Assembly (NCBI GenBank): GCA_002633005.1
Contig: NMRA01000568.1
Coordinates: forward strand, 162,759 to 226,758
Direction of reading: 5' to 3'
Source of the DNA: Phoronis australis
Lineage: Eukaryota; Animalia; Phoronida
DNA: 64,000 nt
In this document: positions 1 to 12,499 of the stretch, in pieces
Layout: every line of letters starts with the position of its first letter
Numbering within the stretch: position 1 is the stretch's first letter
The notes under the pieces: generated by a model
The model's input: only the letters and a program-made list of their open reading frames with translations
Told to the model about the DNA's origin: nothing
The model's database searches: none
Translations under genes and position numbers: made by a program

Positions 1-553
1 TTATCCACGCATGAACATCCAATTCTTGTTTTGTGTATCAGTATGATCCTTGTCAGTGACTGAATACACTCCTTGAAACTCTACAGACTCGGTGATCTGC
101 CTAAAATACTTGATTCTCCAAAGTTACTGAGCTTCCTCGTCTCCTAACTTTTTCTTTTGAGAATGACGCTTATGTTTGCTCCAGAAATATTTATACTCTA
201 AAATATGACTAAACATCACATGGACACTGGTCAAGGCATAAGTACATCGGTGTGGGTGTTTCTTAGAATCAACCCACCTAAAACTGACCACTCCAAAACA
301 TGTTTTGATGATCATATCCTGTTTGTCAGAACTGCACTGAGAACTTAACAGAACTAAAGCTTTTCTGAAGAAATTGCGCAATACTCAAGTTTACCACAAC
401 AAGTTGTTTACAATAACAAGTCCTGTTCTAGAATATTTGTGACTTTCAAAATAGTTAGCTGTTATTAATTAACACAGTTGTTCATAAATTTAATTATCGA
501 TTAATCGTTACATAATTCTAACATTTTTCGTCAAAAATGTTACACTCCCGGCC
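1..553 (-). repeat. Polypurine tract and start of probable 3' LTR
   Basis: Minus strand reads GGCCGGGAG followed directly by TGTAACA (plus 538-553), about 100 bp after the pol stop. No matching 5' LTR copy is visible, so the LTR extent is unconfirmed. Confidence 0.6.
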
Positions 554-652
554 TTAAATTTACCCCTAAATTTAACCTATATATTTAAACTGATAGTATT
601 GAACCTTAGAAATCTATAACTATTATCAATTCTTTCTTGACAAAATAACTTC

Positions 653-3076
653 TCAATAAAGTTTCCCTTCAAGCATCACTAACTGGGTAATGGGTCTTGT
701 AAGAAGAGTATTCCTGGTTTTAACCTTTACTGAGCGGACTAAGCCATCAGTACCAGGATTAACTTCAACAACCCTACCCAGAGGCCAAAGATTTCTTGGG
801 ACGTTGTCCTCAATGAGTAAGACTAAATCACCTACTGAGACATTTGGGGTAATTTGTAGCCACTTGTGACGCCGTTGCAGTTCGGGAAGGTACTGTTTAA
901 GCCATCTTCTCCAGAAAAGTTGGGCCATGTACTGAACTTGACGCCAACGACGTCTATAAATATCATTCCTCTCTGAGGCGCAGGGTGGCAATGATGGACC
1001 TTCTTTCATCATTAAGAGATGATTTGGTCTAAGTGCTTGCATATCATCTGTATCATCACTAATAGGTGTAATTGGTCTGTTATTCAGTATGCTTTCAACT
1101 TCACACAAGAGTGTAGTCAAAGTTTCATCATTTAATTTTTGTTCACCCAATAAAGTCATCAAAACTTTTCTAATCGATCTAATTTGTCTTTCCCAAACAC
1201 CGCCGTGATGGCTTGCATGAGGTGGATTGAATTTCCATTCAATGTTATTTTGTAGCAAGAAATTTTGTGTCCTCATGTCGTCTAGTTCTTTTAGACCTTT
1301 GGCAAGTTCCTTATTGCCACTGACAAAATTTCCACCATTGTCAGAAGTTATTGACTTTGGTTGACCTCTTCTTGCAATGAATCTCCTCAATGCATTTATG
1401 AACGAATCAGTATCAAGTGTTTCCAAAACTTCAATGTGTACGGCACGAGTACTCATACATGTGAATACACATCCATACCGTTTCAATTCAGAGCGTCCCC
1501 TTTTGACTAAAAAGGGACCAAAGCAGTCAACACCAGTATGTGCGAAGGGTGTATCACCTGCTGCAAGTCGGGTCTCTGGGAGTTCTCCCATTTTTTGTTG
1601 ACATGATCTGCCATTAACTTTACGACAAATAAAGCATTTGCGTAAGATAGATTTCACATCTTTTCTGCGAATCCAATACATTTCTCTTATGTTTGCCAAG
1701 GTGTATTCACATCCCATGTGATTAGCTTCATGTATGTGGCGAATCAATATATTTGCAATGTGTCCGCTTGGGACAATGATTTGATTTTTGTTATTGGTAC
1801 CAGCTTTGCTAGTCCTACCTCCAACACGTATGATGCCATTTTCATCAATGTAAGGATTTAGTTGCCGAACATTTTCGCTGTTTGTTTTCAAATTTTGTTG
1901 TGCAAATTTCAGAATTTCTTCTTCTGCTGATTGCATGTCTGAAACGGTTAGTTTCGTGAATTTGCTTTTCGTTTTCAATGACTTCTTGATTTTAATCAGC
2001 CATGCGACTGCTTTTTTCAGTCGCTGCCAGTCTGAGTAGTATTCACTCAGTTGCTTAAGAGGATGTTCTCTAATAACTGCCTTTCTTCGAACAGGCATAG
2101 ACACTGCACTTCCATGCGAAGTGACTTGGTATTTAACTTCAGGGTCATCATCTTTGACCTCAAACACTTTATTGTCAGATTTAGTCCAATCTGACCTATG
2201 CTTGGAAAGAAACATTGGACCTTTTAACCAAATATTCTTCTTCATTTCTCCACTGACACATCCCCTAGAAATTATGTCTGCAGGATTTTCATCGCCGGCA
2301 ATATGATTCCATTGTTTCGCGTTGGTATTTCGCCGAATAGCACTCACTCTGTTGGAAACAAAAACCTGGAATCTTCTGGATTCATTCCTAATATATCCCA
2401 GGACTATTTCACTGTCGACCCAGAAGGTGGACTCAGCCAGATCCAGACCTAGTTCTTTTCTCAACGTAACATCAACCTGAGATGCCAAAGTTGCAGCTTG
2501 TAACTCCAGCCTTGGGATGGTGAGAGATTTGATAGGAGCTACTCGACTTTTGCTCATGATAAGGGCCGTGTAAATCTGCCCTGCCTTGTTGACACAACGC
2601 AGGTATGAACAACAACCATATGCCTTCTCACTGGCATCACTGAAATGGTGCAATTCTAAAAGAGCATCATTGAACTGAACTGGTTTTATACATCGGGGAA
2701 TCTCCACCTCACAAATATTTGACAAGGAATTCGACCATGAAAACCAATCTTTATGGATGTCAGAGGGAACCGGTTCATCCCAGGCCAATCCTCGCCTAGT
2801 GACTTCCTGAACCAGCATTTTCCCCCTCAGAATGACTGGTCCGACTAATCCCAGCGGATCATACATAGACGAAACATAACTTAGCATTTTACGCTTCGTC
2901 AATTCATCTGAAGCATCATTCCGAGCTTCAAAATAGAACTTGTCGGATTTAATGTTCCACTTGATACCTAAAGCCTTGCTGCTTTCGCCTTTATCAATGG
3001 ACTTGACTTCCTTGGCGACATCATCAGTGGATAAACCTGACAAGATTCTTTCATCATTTGCTGCGAATTTAGTCAA
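653..3076 (-). CDS. BEL/Pao pol C-terminal part: RT thumb, RNase H, integrase and C-terminal tail
   Basis: 807-aa open frame with YDPLG, FSDAS, HEANHMG..CFIC zinc finger, GVDCFGP, SDNGGNF, GGVWERQIR and WPLGRVVEV..GLVRSV motifs. The frame continues upstream to the gap at 3113. Confidence 0.95.
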   Translation of the reverse strand: MTKFAANDERILSGLSTDDVAKEVKSIDKGESSKALGIKWNIKSDKFYFEARNDASDELTKRKMLSYVSSMYDPLGLVGPVILRGKMLVQEVTRRGLAWDEPVPSDIHKDWFSWSNSLSNICEVEIPRCIKPVQFNDALLELHHFSDASEKAYGCCSYLRCVNKAGQIYTALIMSKSRVAPIKSLTIPRLELQAATLASQVDVTLRKELGLDLAESTFWVDSEIVLGYIRNESRRFQVFVSNRVSAIRRNTNAKQWNHIAGDENPADIISRGCVSGEMKKNIWLKGPMFLSKHRSDWTKSDNKVFEVKDDDPEVKYQVTSHGSAVSMPVRRKAVIREHPLKQLSEYYSDWQRLKKAVAWLIKIKKSLKTKSKFTKLTVSDMQSAEEEILKFAQQNLKTNSENVRQLNPYIDENGIIRVGGRTSKAGTNNKNQIIVPSGHIANILIRHIHEANHMGCEYTLANIREMYWIRRKDVKSILRKCFICRKVNGRSCQQKMGELPETRLAAGDTPFAHTGVDCFGPFLVKRGRSELKRYGCVFTCMSTRAVHIEVLETLDTDSFINALRRFIARRGQPKSITSDNGGNFVSGNKELAKGLKELDDMRTQNFLLQNNIEWKFNPPHASHHGGVWERQIRSIRKVLMTLLGEQKLNDETLTTLLCEVESILNNRPITPISDDTDDMQALRPNHLLMMKEGPSLPPCASERNDIYRRRWRQVQYMAQLFWRRWLKQYLPELQRRHKWLQITPNVSVGDLVLLIEDNVPRNLWPLGRVVEVNPGTDGLVRSVKVKTRNTLLTRPITQLVMLEGKLY

Positions 3077-3259
3077 ATTAAATCCGCCCCTTTTAAGAAC
3101 CTCTCTTGTTCCNNNNNNNNNNNNNNNNNNNNNNNNNNNNNNNNNNNNNNNNNNNNNNNNNNNNNNNNNNNNNNNNNNNNNNNNNNNNNNNNNNNNNNNN
3201 NNNNNNNNNNNNNNNNNNNNNNNNNNNNNNNNNNNNNNNNNNNNNNNNNNNNNNNNNNN

Positions 3260-5605
3260 TACACTACCCTCATTTTACCTGGTTTCTTGTCGCTAAGAAC
3301 TAGGTGATGGGGAATATACCAAATTTTATTGCTTGCTTCAATTTCGTCAAAAGGTATGGGTTCAGCATAACCTTTATTGAGTAATTTCTGGATTTCTTCA
3401 TCATATTTATCCAGGAGACCTCTCTTAGTCAGGTTTCTTCGCAGGCTGTTCAGCCGAGGGATTGCTACTTCTAAATTATTTGGAAATACTTTTCCTTCTT
3501 TCCATGGGATAGGGAGTTGATAATGGCCCTCAATTATTTTGCCACTCTCGTCCCATAATTTCAAAACCTTCTCATCATTGACGGATGGACCCGTGGCATC
3601 CAAAGCATTAGTCCCATCATCCGTCACAAAAAATTCAGACCGTTCAGAAACAAATTTCGGCTTGACGTCAGTAACAAAATGCGAAATCACCTTACTGGTA
3701 ACAGCGCCACCTTTTGGACCATTAAGGCACCAACCAAACAGAGTGCGGACTGCAAAGGGCTCATTTTTCCCACCCTTTCTGACTTCCAGTGGGATAAGGG
3801 CCTCACAATTATCTTGGCCAATTAGGATTTCAACCTCAACTCTTCCTTGGACAATTGGCAAATCTTTTAGGTGGTTGTACGCTGCTAAGTCAACAGCAGG
3901 CGTGTCGGTTGGTATTTCCTCTGCCACATAAACATGAGACATAGATAAGTCGTTTGCAGGGCCTCACAATTATCTTGGCCAATTAGGATTTCAACTTCAA
4001 CTCTTCCTTGGACAATTGGCAAATCTTTTAGGTGCTTGTATGCTGCTAAGTCAACGGGAGGCGTGTCGGTTGGTATCTCCTCTGCCACATAAACATGAGA
4101 CATAAATAAGTCGTTTGCACCGTCTTGGGTTGTCAAACGGAAAGCAGTTTTCATTGAGCGCCGCTCTTGGTCGAGCGCATCAATCGTACTCAATGTATAT
4201 GTAAGTTTTGTGGTCGGCAGCTTCAATTTCTCAACTAGACTCCTGGTGCAGAAGCTGCCTGAAGACCTGGTGTCTAAAAGGGCAAAGGTAGAATACGCAT
4301 TGTTCACCCGAACCGGGACAATTGGCAGATATATGCCATGGTCAGCCACCCGGATTCCATTATTGGTCACATTAGGGGGAATGTTATCTTTTTTATCATG
4401 AAGTAGGTATGAATGTTTCTCTACGCAGCCTTGTTTGCGACAAAAAGACGTTTTTTGGCAATTTTCTACCTGATGGTTGTCAAAAAGGCAATTTCGACAA
4501 AGTTTAGCCCTTTCAACCACGACTTGGCGTTCTGAAGGTGTTTTATTCTTAAATTGTTCACAGCGCCACAGTGGATGGGGCTGCGAACAATCAGGACATT
4601 TTCTTATCTTTTGCGACTGACCCACCTTCACACTAGTATTAAAATTGGAAGATCTTTTGGGAACATCATTGAATTGCTTATGGCTATGACCGACAGACGG
4701 ATGTTTTCCGTATATGGGGTCATTCTGATCGGTTGCCATTTGACCAACAAACTTCACGAATTCTGAAAATTTGGGGTAGCGGTCTTCCTCTCGCTTTAAA
4801 CTGAGAGCCCTTTTTCGCCACTTTTGCTGAATGAAGGGCTGAAGCCTGCTTATGATTTCTAAGATGCTCGCCTGGGTGTCAATCTCAGGGAGTTTCTCTA
4901 ACTTATCTAATATCAGATAGGTATTTTCAAGGTCATCCGCAAAACGCTGGAGGTCAGCCGATGACCTTATCTGGCCACCCTTTTTGACGTCAGCCATCAA
5001 TCTGTCTGCTACTTTATGGTTGTCACCATATCGTGAGTGCAGGATCTCACGGTCAGTTCGAAACCTTCTTCACCGCCGACCAATGCGCATTTCTGAATAC
5101 TTTCTTTGGCCGCTCCGGTGGTATACTGGAGGAGTCTTGTTAATTTGGCATCACCGTCCTTCACGACGCTTGCAACGTTTTGATCAAAAATGGCTACAAA
5201 AGTGTGATACTTGACCGGATTACCATCAAATTTGTCTAGTGTGACCTTGGGTAAATTTACAAGACCCATTACCTCTTCTTTGGTCAAACTCTCATGTTTC
5301 TCTATGGGAGTTTCAGTTACTGAATTAAACTTATCTAAATACTCATTAATTCTAGTTAAAGTATCTATGTACTTGGATTCTTCATCCATAAAATACTCTT
5401 CACACTCTTCTAAAAGCTCATCATCACTTTCTATAAAAGCCCTATACTTTAAATTGCTGACATCAAATTCATGAAACAAAAAGTTCAATTTATCTTTGTC
5501 TTCTTCTGTGACAGCTTCTTTTCTTGCAACTAATTGTTTCATGTGTCCACATTGTCTTGTGAATAGTCTCTTAGCATTTGAACGAGCCTTTCTTGCAGCT
5601 TCCAT
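3260..5605 (-). pseudogene. BEL/Pao gag-protease-RT N-terminal region, frameshifted
   Basis: Split over ORFs 5009..5605, 3885..5000 and 3073..3942, with a frameshift near 5050 and a 161-bp duplication at 3797-4119. Confidence 0.9.
3797..4119. repeat. 161-bp direct tandem duplication inside the retrotransposon
   Basis: AGGGCCTCACAATTATCTTGG...TCGTTTGCA starts at 3797 and again at 3958, with a few substitutions; MSHVYVAEEIPTDTP appears twice in translation. Confidence 0.92.
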
Positions 5606-6686
5606 TTTTATTTAGGTTCACTGAACTCAAATCAAAATACAGTTATATAACGTGGTGGTATTACTGTCCTAATACCAGCTGTTTCCAATCACTGTCCCCT
5701 TAGTCTGAANTAGCTTTTTAGGTTTATTTGATTTGCACTAAACTGCTGCTGTTCCATACAGTAGATCGGTATAGGAAGTTTTTCTTAAGTGGGGGTGAAA
5801 AGGTATCTCCTTATGCGAAAATGACATACAAATTGTACACAGAATAATTACTATCGCAGAATTCTAACATTTTCTTGGGAATTTTGGAGTGAGTGGTATA
5901 AGCACTACTTCCAGATTTCCCACTTCCTACACATAGTATTTGTGTTTTTATACCATGCCATAGACATCTAAAGCTATTGCATGCTGGAGCTTTTGGGTTG
6001 AGATTCAGTGGTTGCTGTGACGTGTTACTTGATATCTCTTTGAATTACAGTAGAACTCACTTAGTTGAATCCAATGAGACTGATATATATTTCATCGAAG
6101 TCAGAGTTATTTGGAGGCGTTACAGCGGCATTTATTCTAACCTTTCTAAAGTTCCCCCGCAAGCACTACCAATTTAGAGAGTTCTACTGATAAGAAGATG
6201 GCAGAAGATTTAGTCTCGACTCCAGACAATGGCCCAGATTCAAAACTTAATTTCTTATGTAACAGCCATACTGTTCAATGTGTTCGTTTCAAGCACACAA
6301 ACTGGAATCCAATGAGTCCAATTTCTCTGTTTACCTACGTAAACCATAAGTTTAACAGGTGTTGAGTTTTATAATGTAGTCCTAGTTAAATTACACTCGT
6401 CATGACCATGTTATTACAAGTAATCGGATTGATCTGAAACCACAGAAGTCTATTCATGGAATGCCAACTTCAATTTCATGCCGCTGAAGTTGCGCTACGA
6501 TTGCATTCGTTTGTTACAATGTTTGTTCTTTCTATGGTATTTGTCACTACAACTTTTTGCAACTCATACGAATTATAAGACTAATCCCCGAGTCGCAAGT
6601 TTTAATAATAGAATGCATAGGTCATGTGCAGGAGTTGGCATTCCAGGGCTAAGACAACTGTTGACATCTACAAATGGATGAAACTA

Positions 6687-7111
6687 TTAAGAAACTCCGT
6701 GGAACTCAAAGTTCTCCTCTTTTCGTGGCGGAGGGTAGAAAGCTCTGATGAATGTTACTGCGCATGCTGGAATGACAACACCGACAGTCCGTCCTAAGTG
6801 ACCGTGTATCCATCTTTGGAACTGTCTGTAGTCCACGTGTCGCATCCTTTTACCCAAGGGTCCATCACAGCGATCAGGGTATTGACTTTTGTATTGCAGC
6901 CATGAAGTCTCAAAACATCCCGATTGATGTATACTGCTTTAAAACACCCATGCTCCACAACACATTTTTTCCTTCTGTGTAAGTTGTCACGCTTCATTTT
7001 TCCATCAAGTTTTGCAACAACCTTGTCGACCTCTTGACAACATACTCTTTCTTCAACAACTGGGGTTGTCTCACAGTTGCCACAGGTGCAGCTCCAAGAT
7101 TTGTCAGCCAT
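6687..7111 (-). pseudogene. P2X7 C-terminal ballast-like zinc/Cys domain (KolX-type accessory gene of Kolobok transposons), frameshifted
   Basis: WSCTCGNC..EERVCCQE..CVVEHGCF, then after a frameshift near 6910 RMRHVDYRQFQRWIHGHLG..VIPACAVTFIRAFYP to a stop at 6687-6689. Confidence 0.8.
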
Positions 7112-7829
7112 ACATTACTTCAGTAAACATCAAAATTTCGAATTGAAAAATTTACCAAGAGTGTTTCTGCCAAATTTAATTGAAGGTACTGCATACGATC
7201 ACATATAGTAAAGATATATACTTTCCATACAAATGAGTAGTGCTACACCCAAGGCAGTGGTAGATCATGCCCGGGGGATGTAGTGATGGAAATGAGTTGT
7301 TTGTTTCGAAGCTGACCATAAGACACAAGGAAGTTGCCCCGATTCATTGGTGGAGGGGACTGTTTTGTAAGTAGTCGTGAGACCTGCTCTCCCAATCTGA
7401 ACCCTATCGGTACCCACATACCAATAAACAAACTAGACAATGCCAATGGGGCATGTCAACTTGAAAAGCAGTGTTGCCACTCAAATATTACAGTATACAT
7501 GTACATTTTTTAAACCTTCTTCGTATGCTATATGGGCAATGACCAATCCAATGGTATACCCTCTATACTCTACTGAAAATTTACCAGGCGGTTTCGCCCA
7601 AGTCGACTCGTACCAAGGCCATGCACCGTTTTTTATTCATAAAAGATGGCAAAATAGGATCAATGTACATCAACATGAAATGGTTGTTTCCATTCCAAGC
7701 ATCGCCTTACAAAATATAACTGTTTTGGAACACATGTGTACATTGATATGGGTCCGAGTTGACTTGCCCTGGGGTGACTTGTTCTATAACCTATAGAATT
7801 GCCCCCCTTCGCCAGCACCTAGGTAAGAA

Positions 7830-8060
7830 AGTCGAAATTATAAAATTGCGATTTTTCATTCTCTTGTTAACACTTCACAGTCGATTATTCCTAAGTGGCT
7901 CTCAATCATTTCCTTGCATACATATTTTCACTCACTAGTAACACCGAGCTCAGTCTCAGAGAAGTAGGAGACACTTTTGTGCAAAGCTCAATTGTCTGCC
8001 AGTGAAAGCCAGGATTCGAACCTGAGTCTCATGAGCTCAAACCACTGAGCCACGCTGTCA
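7830..8060 (-). mobile_element. tRNA-derived SINE-like element
   Basis: Minus strand GACAGCGTGGCTCAGTGG (A box) and GGTTCGAATCC (B box) with no complete cloverleaf. The 3' limit is approximate. Confidence 0.6.
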
Positions 8061-8439
8061 ACAAATAGTCAGAGACCAATCACTTTTTGAGTGATTTGCT
8101 AAAATGCAAAATAATTATTCAGTTTTTATCACTGAAAGTGGTATTAAACCACGGCTGAAAGACGTTTCACCAGTGGAGACGTAGGCGCCTGGGACTGACT
8201 GGTAAAGCACCTACTTTTGAATTAAAAAAGACCAAGTAATAATTCGCGGTTGTAGAATACATATTGATAATATGATTTTTACCAGTCACAAACATCCAAT
8301 CGCAACTCCTGCGCACCTTCTGCCCGTGGATGTTCACTCGACGAACAGGCTGAGGCTGAGTCTTTGGCGACCGGAGAAAAAATTTATACCATATTTTTGT
8401 TCAGATTGGTTAGGACCTTGCTATTTCCCCTTTAAAGAA

Positions 8440-8770
8440 AATCCACAGCTAGAAGCCATCTGCTCTGAGGCTATAGAATCAGCAATAGCACTGTTTTCAG
8501 AGAAGAAAAAAGACCAGAAAGGTAAAGCGTGCAAAGCAAGCTCACCACAGCTTCCTTGAATTATTGACAGTTGCTGAGATACTAGAAACATTCAGAGAAT
8601 GGGAAGCCCACAGATCAGCTAATTTCATGCTTAAGTCTATCAAGAACTACATGTATCAACATTTATTCGAAACGTTCCTGCTATCTGTGAAAGACTTGAC
8701 TCTGCATCTCCAAAATGCTTGTGGAATGAGCAAGATCTTTTTAAATGCAAGACCTAAGAGGCTACACCTT
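8440..8770 (+). pseudogene. Possible DNA-transposase relic (Academ-like), highly degraded
   Basis: NYMYQHLFETFLLSVKDLTLHLQNACGMSKIF loosely resembles the Y..M..L..FI...R...W.LHL....M...F segment of such transposases. Stops and frameshifts are present; the match is weak. Confidence 0.25.
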
Positions 8771-9134
8771 GACTGAATTTGAAACACGCAACTTATCAGT
8801 CAACGAAAATGAAAAAGCATGTATCCATAGCACAATTGTGAACACCTCAACAGGATGGTGATGGTCCGTTCTGAACTGACCCGTATTTTCAACGATGCCC
8901 ATGCCAGACAAAGACTCTTCTCTAAAACTCCAAAACTGTCCTATCTGTCCATAGATTTCAAGAGTCAGTTCAGCATTGCAACAGGTTTCAATCAAGAGCA
9001 CCCTTGCCTATCGGATCAAGAGCGATAGGGATACAATAGACAAGACTAAAAGTACCATACTCAACCATGGCAGTCCAGTTACAGTTTGGGGTGACCAGTT
9101 GCATGGCATGACGGTATGGTCAAACATCCTCTTG

Positions 9135-9390
9135 CATGCGCGCACCCAGCCTTTAATATGGGGGGCTCTAATCTCTGGCAAAGGGGACCTTTTGCTAACA
9201 AAAAAAGCGGGAGGACTACAAAAACGGGGTACCACCTTCAGTTCAGCGAACTGTGCGTCTATGCGTTTTTACTGGACTTGTGTCTCGCTTTCTCGGACTT
9301 CTTTTTTCTGAGGCGGACCTTTTTACCCACTTCGCCAATTGGGGGGGGGGGGCTCGTTCGAGCCCTCCGAGCCCCCTGGGTGCGCGCATG
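9135..9390. mobile_element. MITE with perfect 15-bp terminal inverted repeats
   Basis: CATGCGCGCACCCAG at 9135 and CTGGGTGCGCGCATG ending at 9390. No clear target-site duplication. Confidence 0.75.
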
Positions 9391-12300
9391 AATAAGATAT
9401 CAGTAACACTCACCAACCATTTACTTCAGCACGTACACTGTAAGCGTACATTAACTGTCGCCAGCCGACTAAAGCGACGTCTTTCGTGAAAATGCCCACG
9501 AGCCTGTCACATTTATTCAGTTCAGTGCTAAGGAAACCTATTATGGCGGNNNNNNNNNNNNNNNNNNNNNNNNNNNNNNNNNNNNNNNNNNNNNNNNNNN
9601 NNNNNNNNNNNNNNNNNNNNNNNNNNNNNNNNNNNNNNNNNNNNNNNNNNNNNNNNNNNNNNNNNNNNNNNNNNNNNNNNNNNNNNNNNNNNNNNNNNNN
9701 NNNNNNNNNNNNNNNNNNNNNNNNNGTTTATTTTAGCATGTAAAAGCTTAAAAATCACATCTGACTTTGAAAGTTTAGATATTTTTGGAGCGGTGAATCT
9801 TCGGAGTGATGAATCGTCGATGTAATGAACCTTTAGAATAGCTAACTTTACGAGTAGTAAACTTTCGAAATAGTGGATTGTCGCCATTTCCAGTGATGTA
9901 AGCAACTTAAGTAACACGCTAAAATACAACCAGATAAAGGTGTTTTATTTGTTTCACAATCTCTCTTGATAAGTTAAAAAAACTTGCTGTCATTAAAAAA
10001 GCTCACTTTACAAGCACCCCTGGACTTCTTATGGACCTGGATTAGGGTCCCCAGAAACCACCAGAGGTGGCTGGAATGTCACGTGACTGATGCGAGACGG
10101 CCGTCCCTATGCCTTCACACCGTTTTGCTTAAAGTCCTTATTTTAAAATGCCAATGTGGCTCCAGTATCAGGAAACACTTAATAAATAAAATGTTATTTT
10201 CGATACCCTTTCGTTATTTTCTTTTCGCCTTTCGTGCCACAAGTGTTTTTTACCTGTATTTGACCCTTCACTGTCAGAAGATACATGTAATTACCGGCTG
10301 TCATCGGTTATTTCTGTATCCACATTTCCGGCTCGTCAGTTCAGGAACTTGTCCTGAACGCCGCCATTTTTTCCTTGAAACTGAATGTGCTATCGCTTGC
10401 TTGAAAAGTCTTCATTATTCTGTTTTATTAGTCATATCTCGTACGTTGGTGTATATAGCGTACTTATAGTTCGTAGTTAGTGGTCGTTAATTTTTTTGGA
10501 TGGTTACGCGTACTTTTGTTTATTATGTTAAAATAGCATTGGTGTTTAATTCATGTTATGTCGAGCGGTTTAACCAATTTTATTTCGTTTTGAATTTTTT
10601 CCATCGTTTTGAAAAAGTACTTTGCCATCACCGGAAACATAATGCATCCTACTCAGTAAAAATCAAAAAAGTGTCAAAATGGGGGCAAGCAGTGCAAAGT
10701 TAATGCAATTTTGTGGCAAAATTTGGGTCAATTTGTTAGCCATCTTGGACGACAGCGGGATAGGCTACGAGTTTAAAACTTTGTGCAAATTGTTTTCACC
10801 TACAATTTGAAAACGGTGAAATTTAATGAGACACCTCTTTACTTACTATTCTGCACGATTTAACAGTTTTCACCAAATTTCAGCCTTGAGGTTGTTATTT
10901 ATTAAGTGATAAATGTGCTCTCAATTCCCGTTGGACTTCGTCTCATTTCTGCCGGCACCGGCCGTTGACTTTTGCTGAACTGAAAGGCATGTTCAACCGG
11001 TTACTTTGTAATTTGTGAAGATTTAACGTTGATACGTTTTGTCAAACTTTGCTACAAAGAAAGGATTTACGTGTTTTTGTGCAAAAAATATAAGGTTTAT
11101 TCGAAATATTTTACTGTGAATTTCCCATTGATTTGATCATATACTAAGCTAAATAAATAGTTGAAATATTTTTGAAATGGTTTTTTGTTTGATTGTCAAC
11201 TGCTGTTCAAGGCTTGATTAGTTGTCACAAAATGATTAAGATTTTTCTAAATTTCAAGTCTAAATCGCTTTGAAGTCAGTTTCTGTAACTTGTTGCTTTC
11301 TTAATTCAGGTTATCAAGTCAGCAATATGAAGAATCTTAATTAGAGAAATAAGCTATGTTGGATTGTGAAGCTTCAAACCTCCAGTTCAATGATTGAGTG
11401 ACCAAAGCATGATATAATTAGCTTGCCATAAATAATACGTTCACTAGCATCTTCAGGCAACATTTCCTGATACCTTGAGTTTACTATTAGTTCAATAGAT
11501 TATTACATCAATATAAAAACATCATACGTCAGTTGAAAACCACGTTCACTGGAAGTTTTTCATTTCATGGGTTCTGGCAATTCTGCCACTTCCACTCAAA
11601 TTACAATTATTGCTGTGGTTTAGTTGTAAGGTCATTTCCTTCGTACTCACTGCTTGATGAACATGTAGAATTTTGTACTGAACTTGTCATACTTATGTGC
11701 TCGAACGAGCCCCCTATTTGGAGAAATGGAGAAACGTCTGCCTTAGTCAGAGAACTCCGAAAAAAGTAGTAAACGAGACAAAAAAACACTAGAAGGTAGG
11801 AAGAACCAAAATTTGGCGTCTGCAATTCGTATCTCTGAACGTACCCTATTAATGTTGTAGTAAAAGATACACATTCTCAAAAAATCGAGCCCCCCATTTT
11901 TTAGGCTTGTTGCGCTCAGTTTGGGCAATACTCTCTTGAAAGCCAACAACTTTGCTCAGTTCGCCAGATGACCCCAAGTTCTAAATGAACCTCGTTTGAG
12001 CGAGTGTTGTTGCCAGGGACGAGGTAGGCCTCAGGGTAGCTTTGGCGCAAGGCTGCATACTAAAAGGCTGTATTTTGACGAAAGTCTACAAACTGCTAGC
12101 TGGCGCTGGGGCTAGCTAACCTAGGGGTTGCCGCGGCAGTAAAACACAGGACTAACTAGCCAGTACTTTAATTCAAATGTCTGAAATTACCTGTCTATGT
12201 ATTCGGCGTAAATGACTTGAAACTTTTACTTCAATCAAACAGCTTGCAACTGCATGCCCTTACCGTTCGCCAGTGTCTGGTCTCGGTCCGCGCGGGCTCC

Positions 12301-12499
12301 GATCGGCTGCGGGCCCAGAGTCCAGCAAAATAATTTCTGTCAAAATTTATTCGCCACATTTCGTCAGCAATTTCGATACAATTATATTCTGTTTTCATTT
12401 AACGTTATGGCGCTCTGTCGATTTTCTTATCCGCGTTCGCAGGCTGGTAACAGACACTTATCCAGTCGCACAGACGGCGTACACTAAGCCTGGGTTCCT

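Larger units (their letters stand above)
1..6271 (-). mobile_element. BEL/Pao LTR retrotransposon, disrupted copy
   Basis: Minus-strand gag (LPKVTLDKFDGNP; Cys/His knuckles CPDCSQPHPLWRC, CRNCLFDNH, CRKQGCVEKH), aspartic protease (FALLDTRS), RT start (WYIPHHLV..KPGKMRVV), Pao RNase H (LHHFSDASEKAYG, SRVAPIK, IPRLEL) and integrase, in BEL/Pao order. Limits approximate. Confidence 0.95.
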
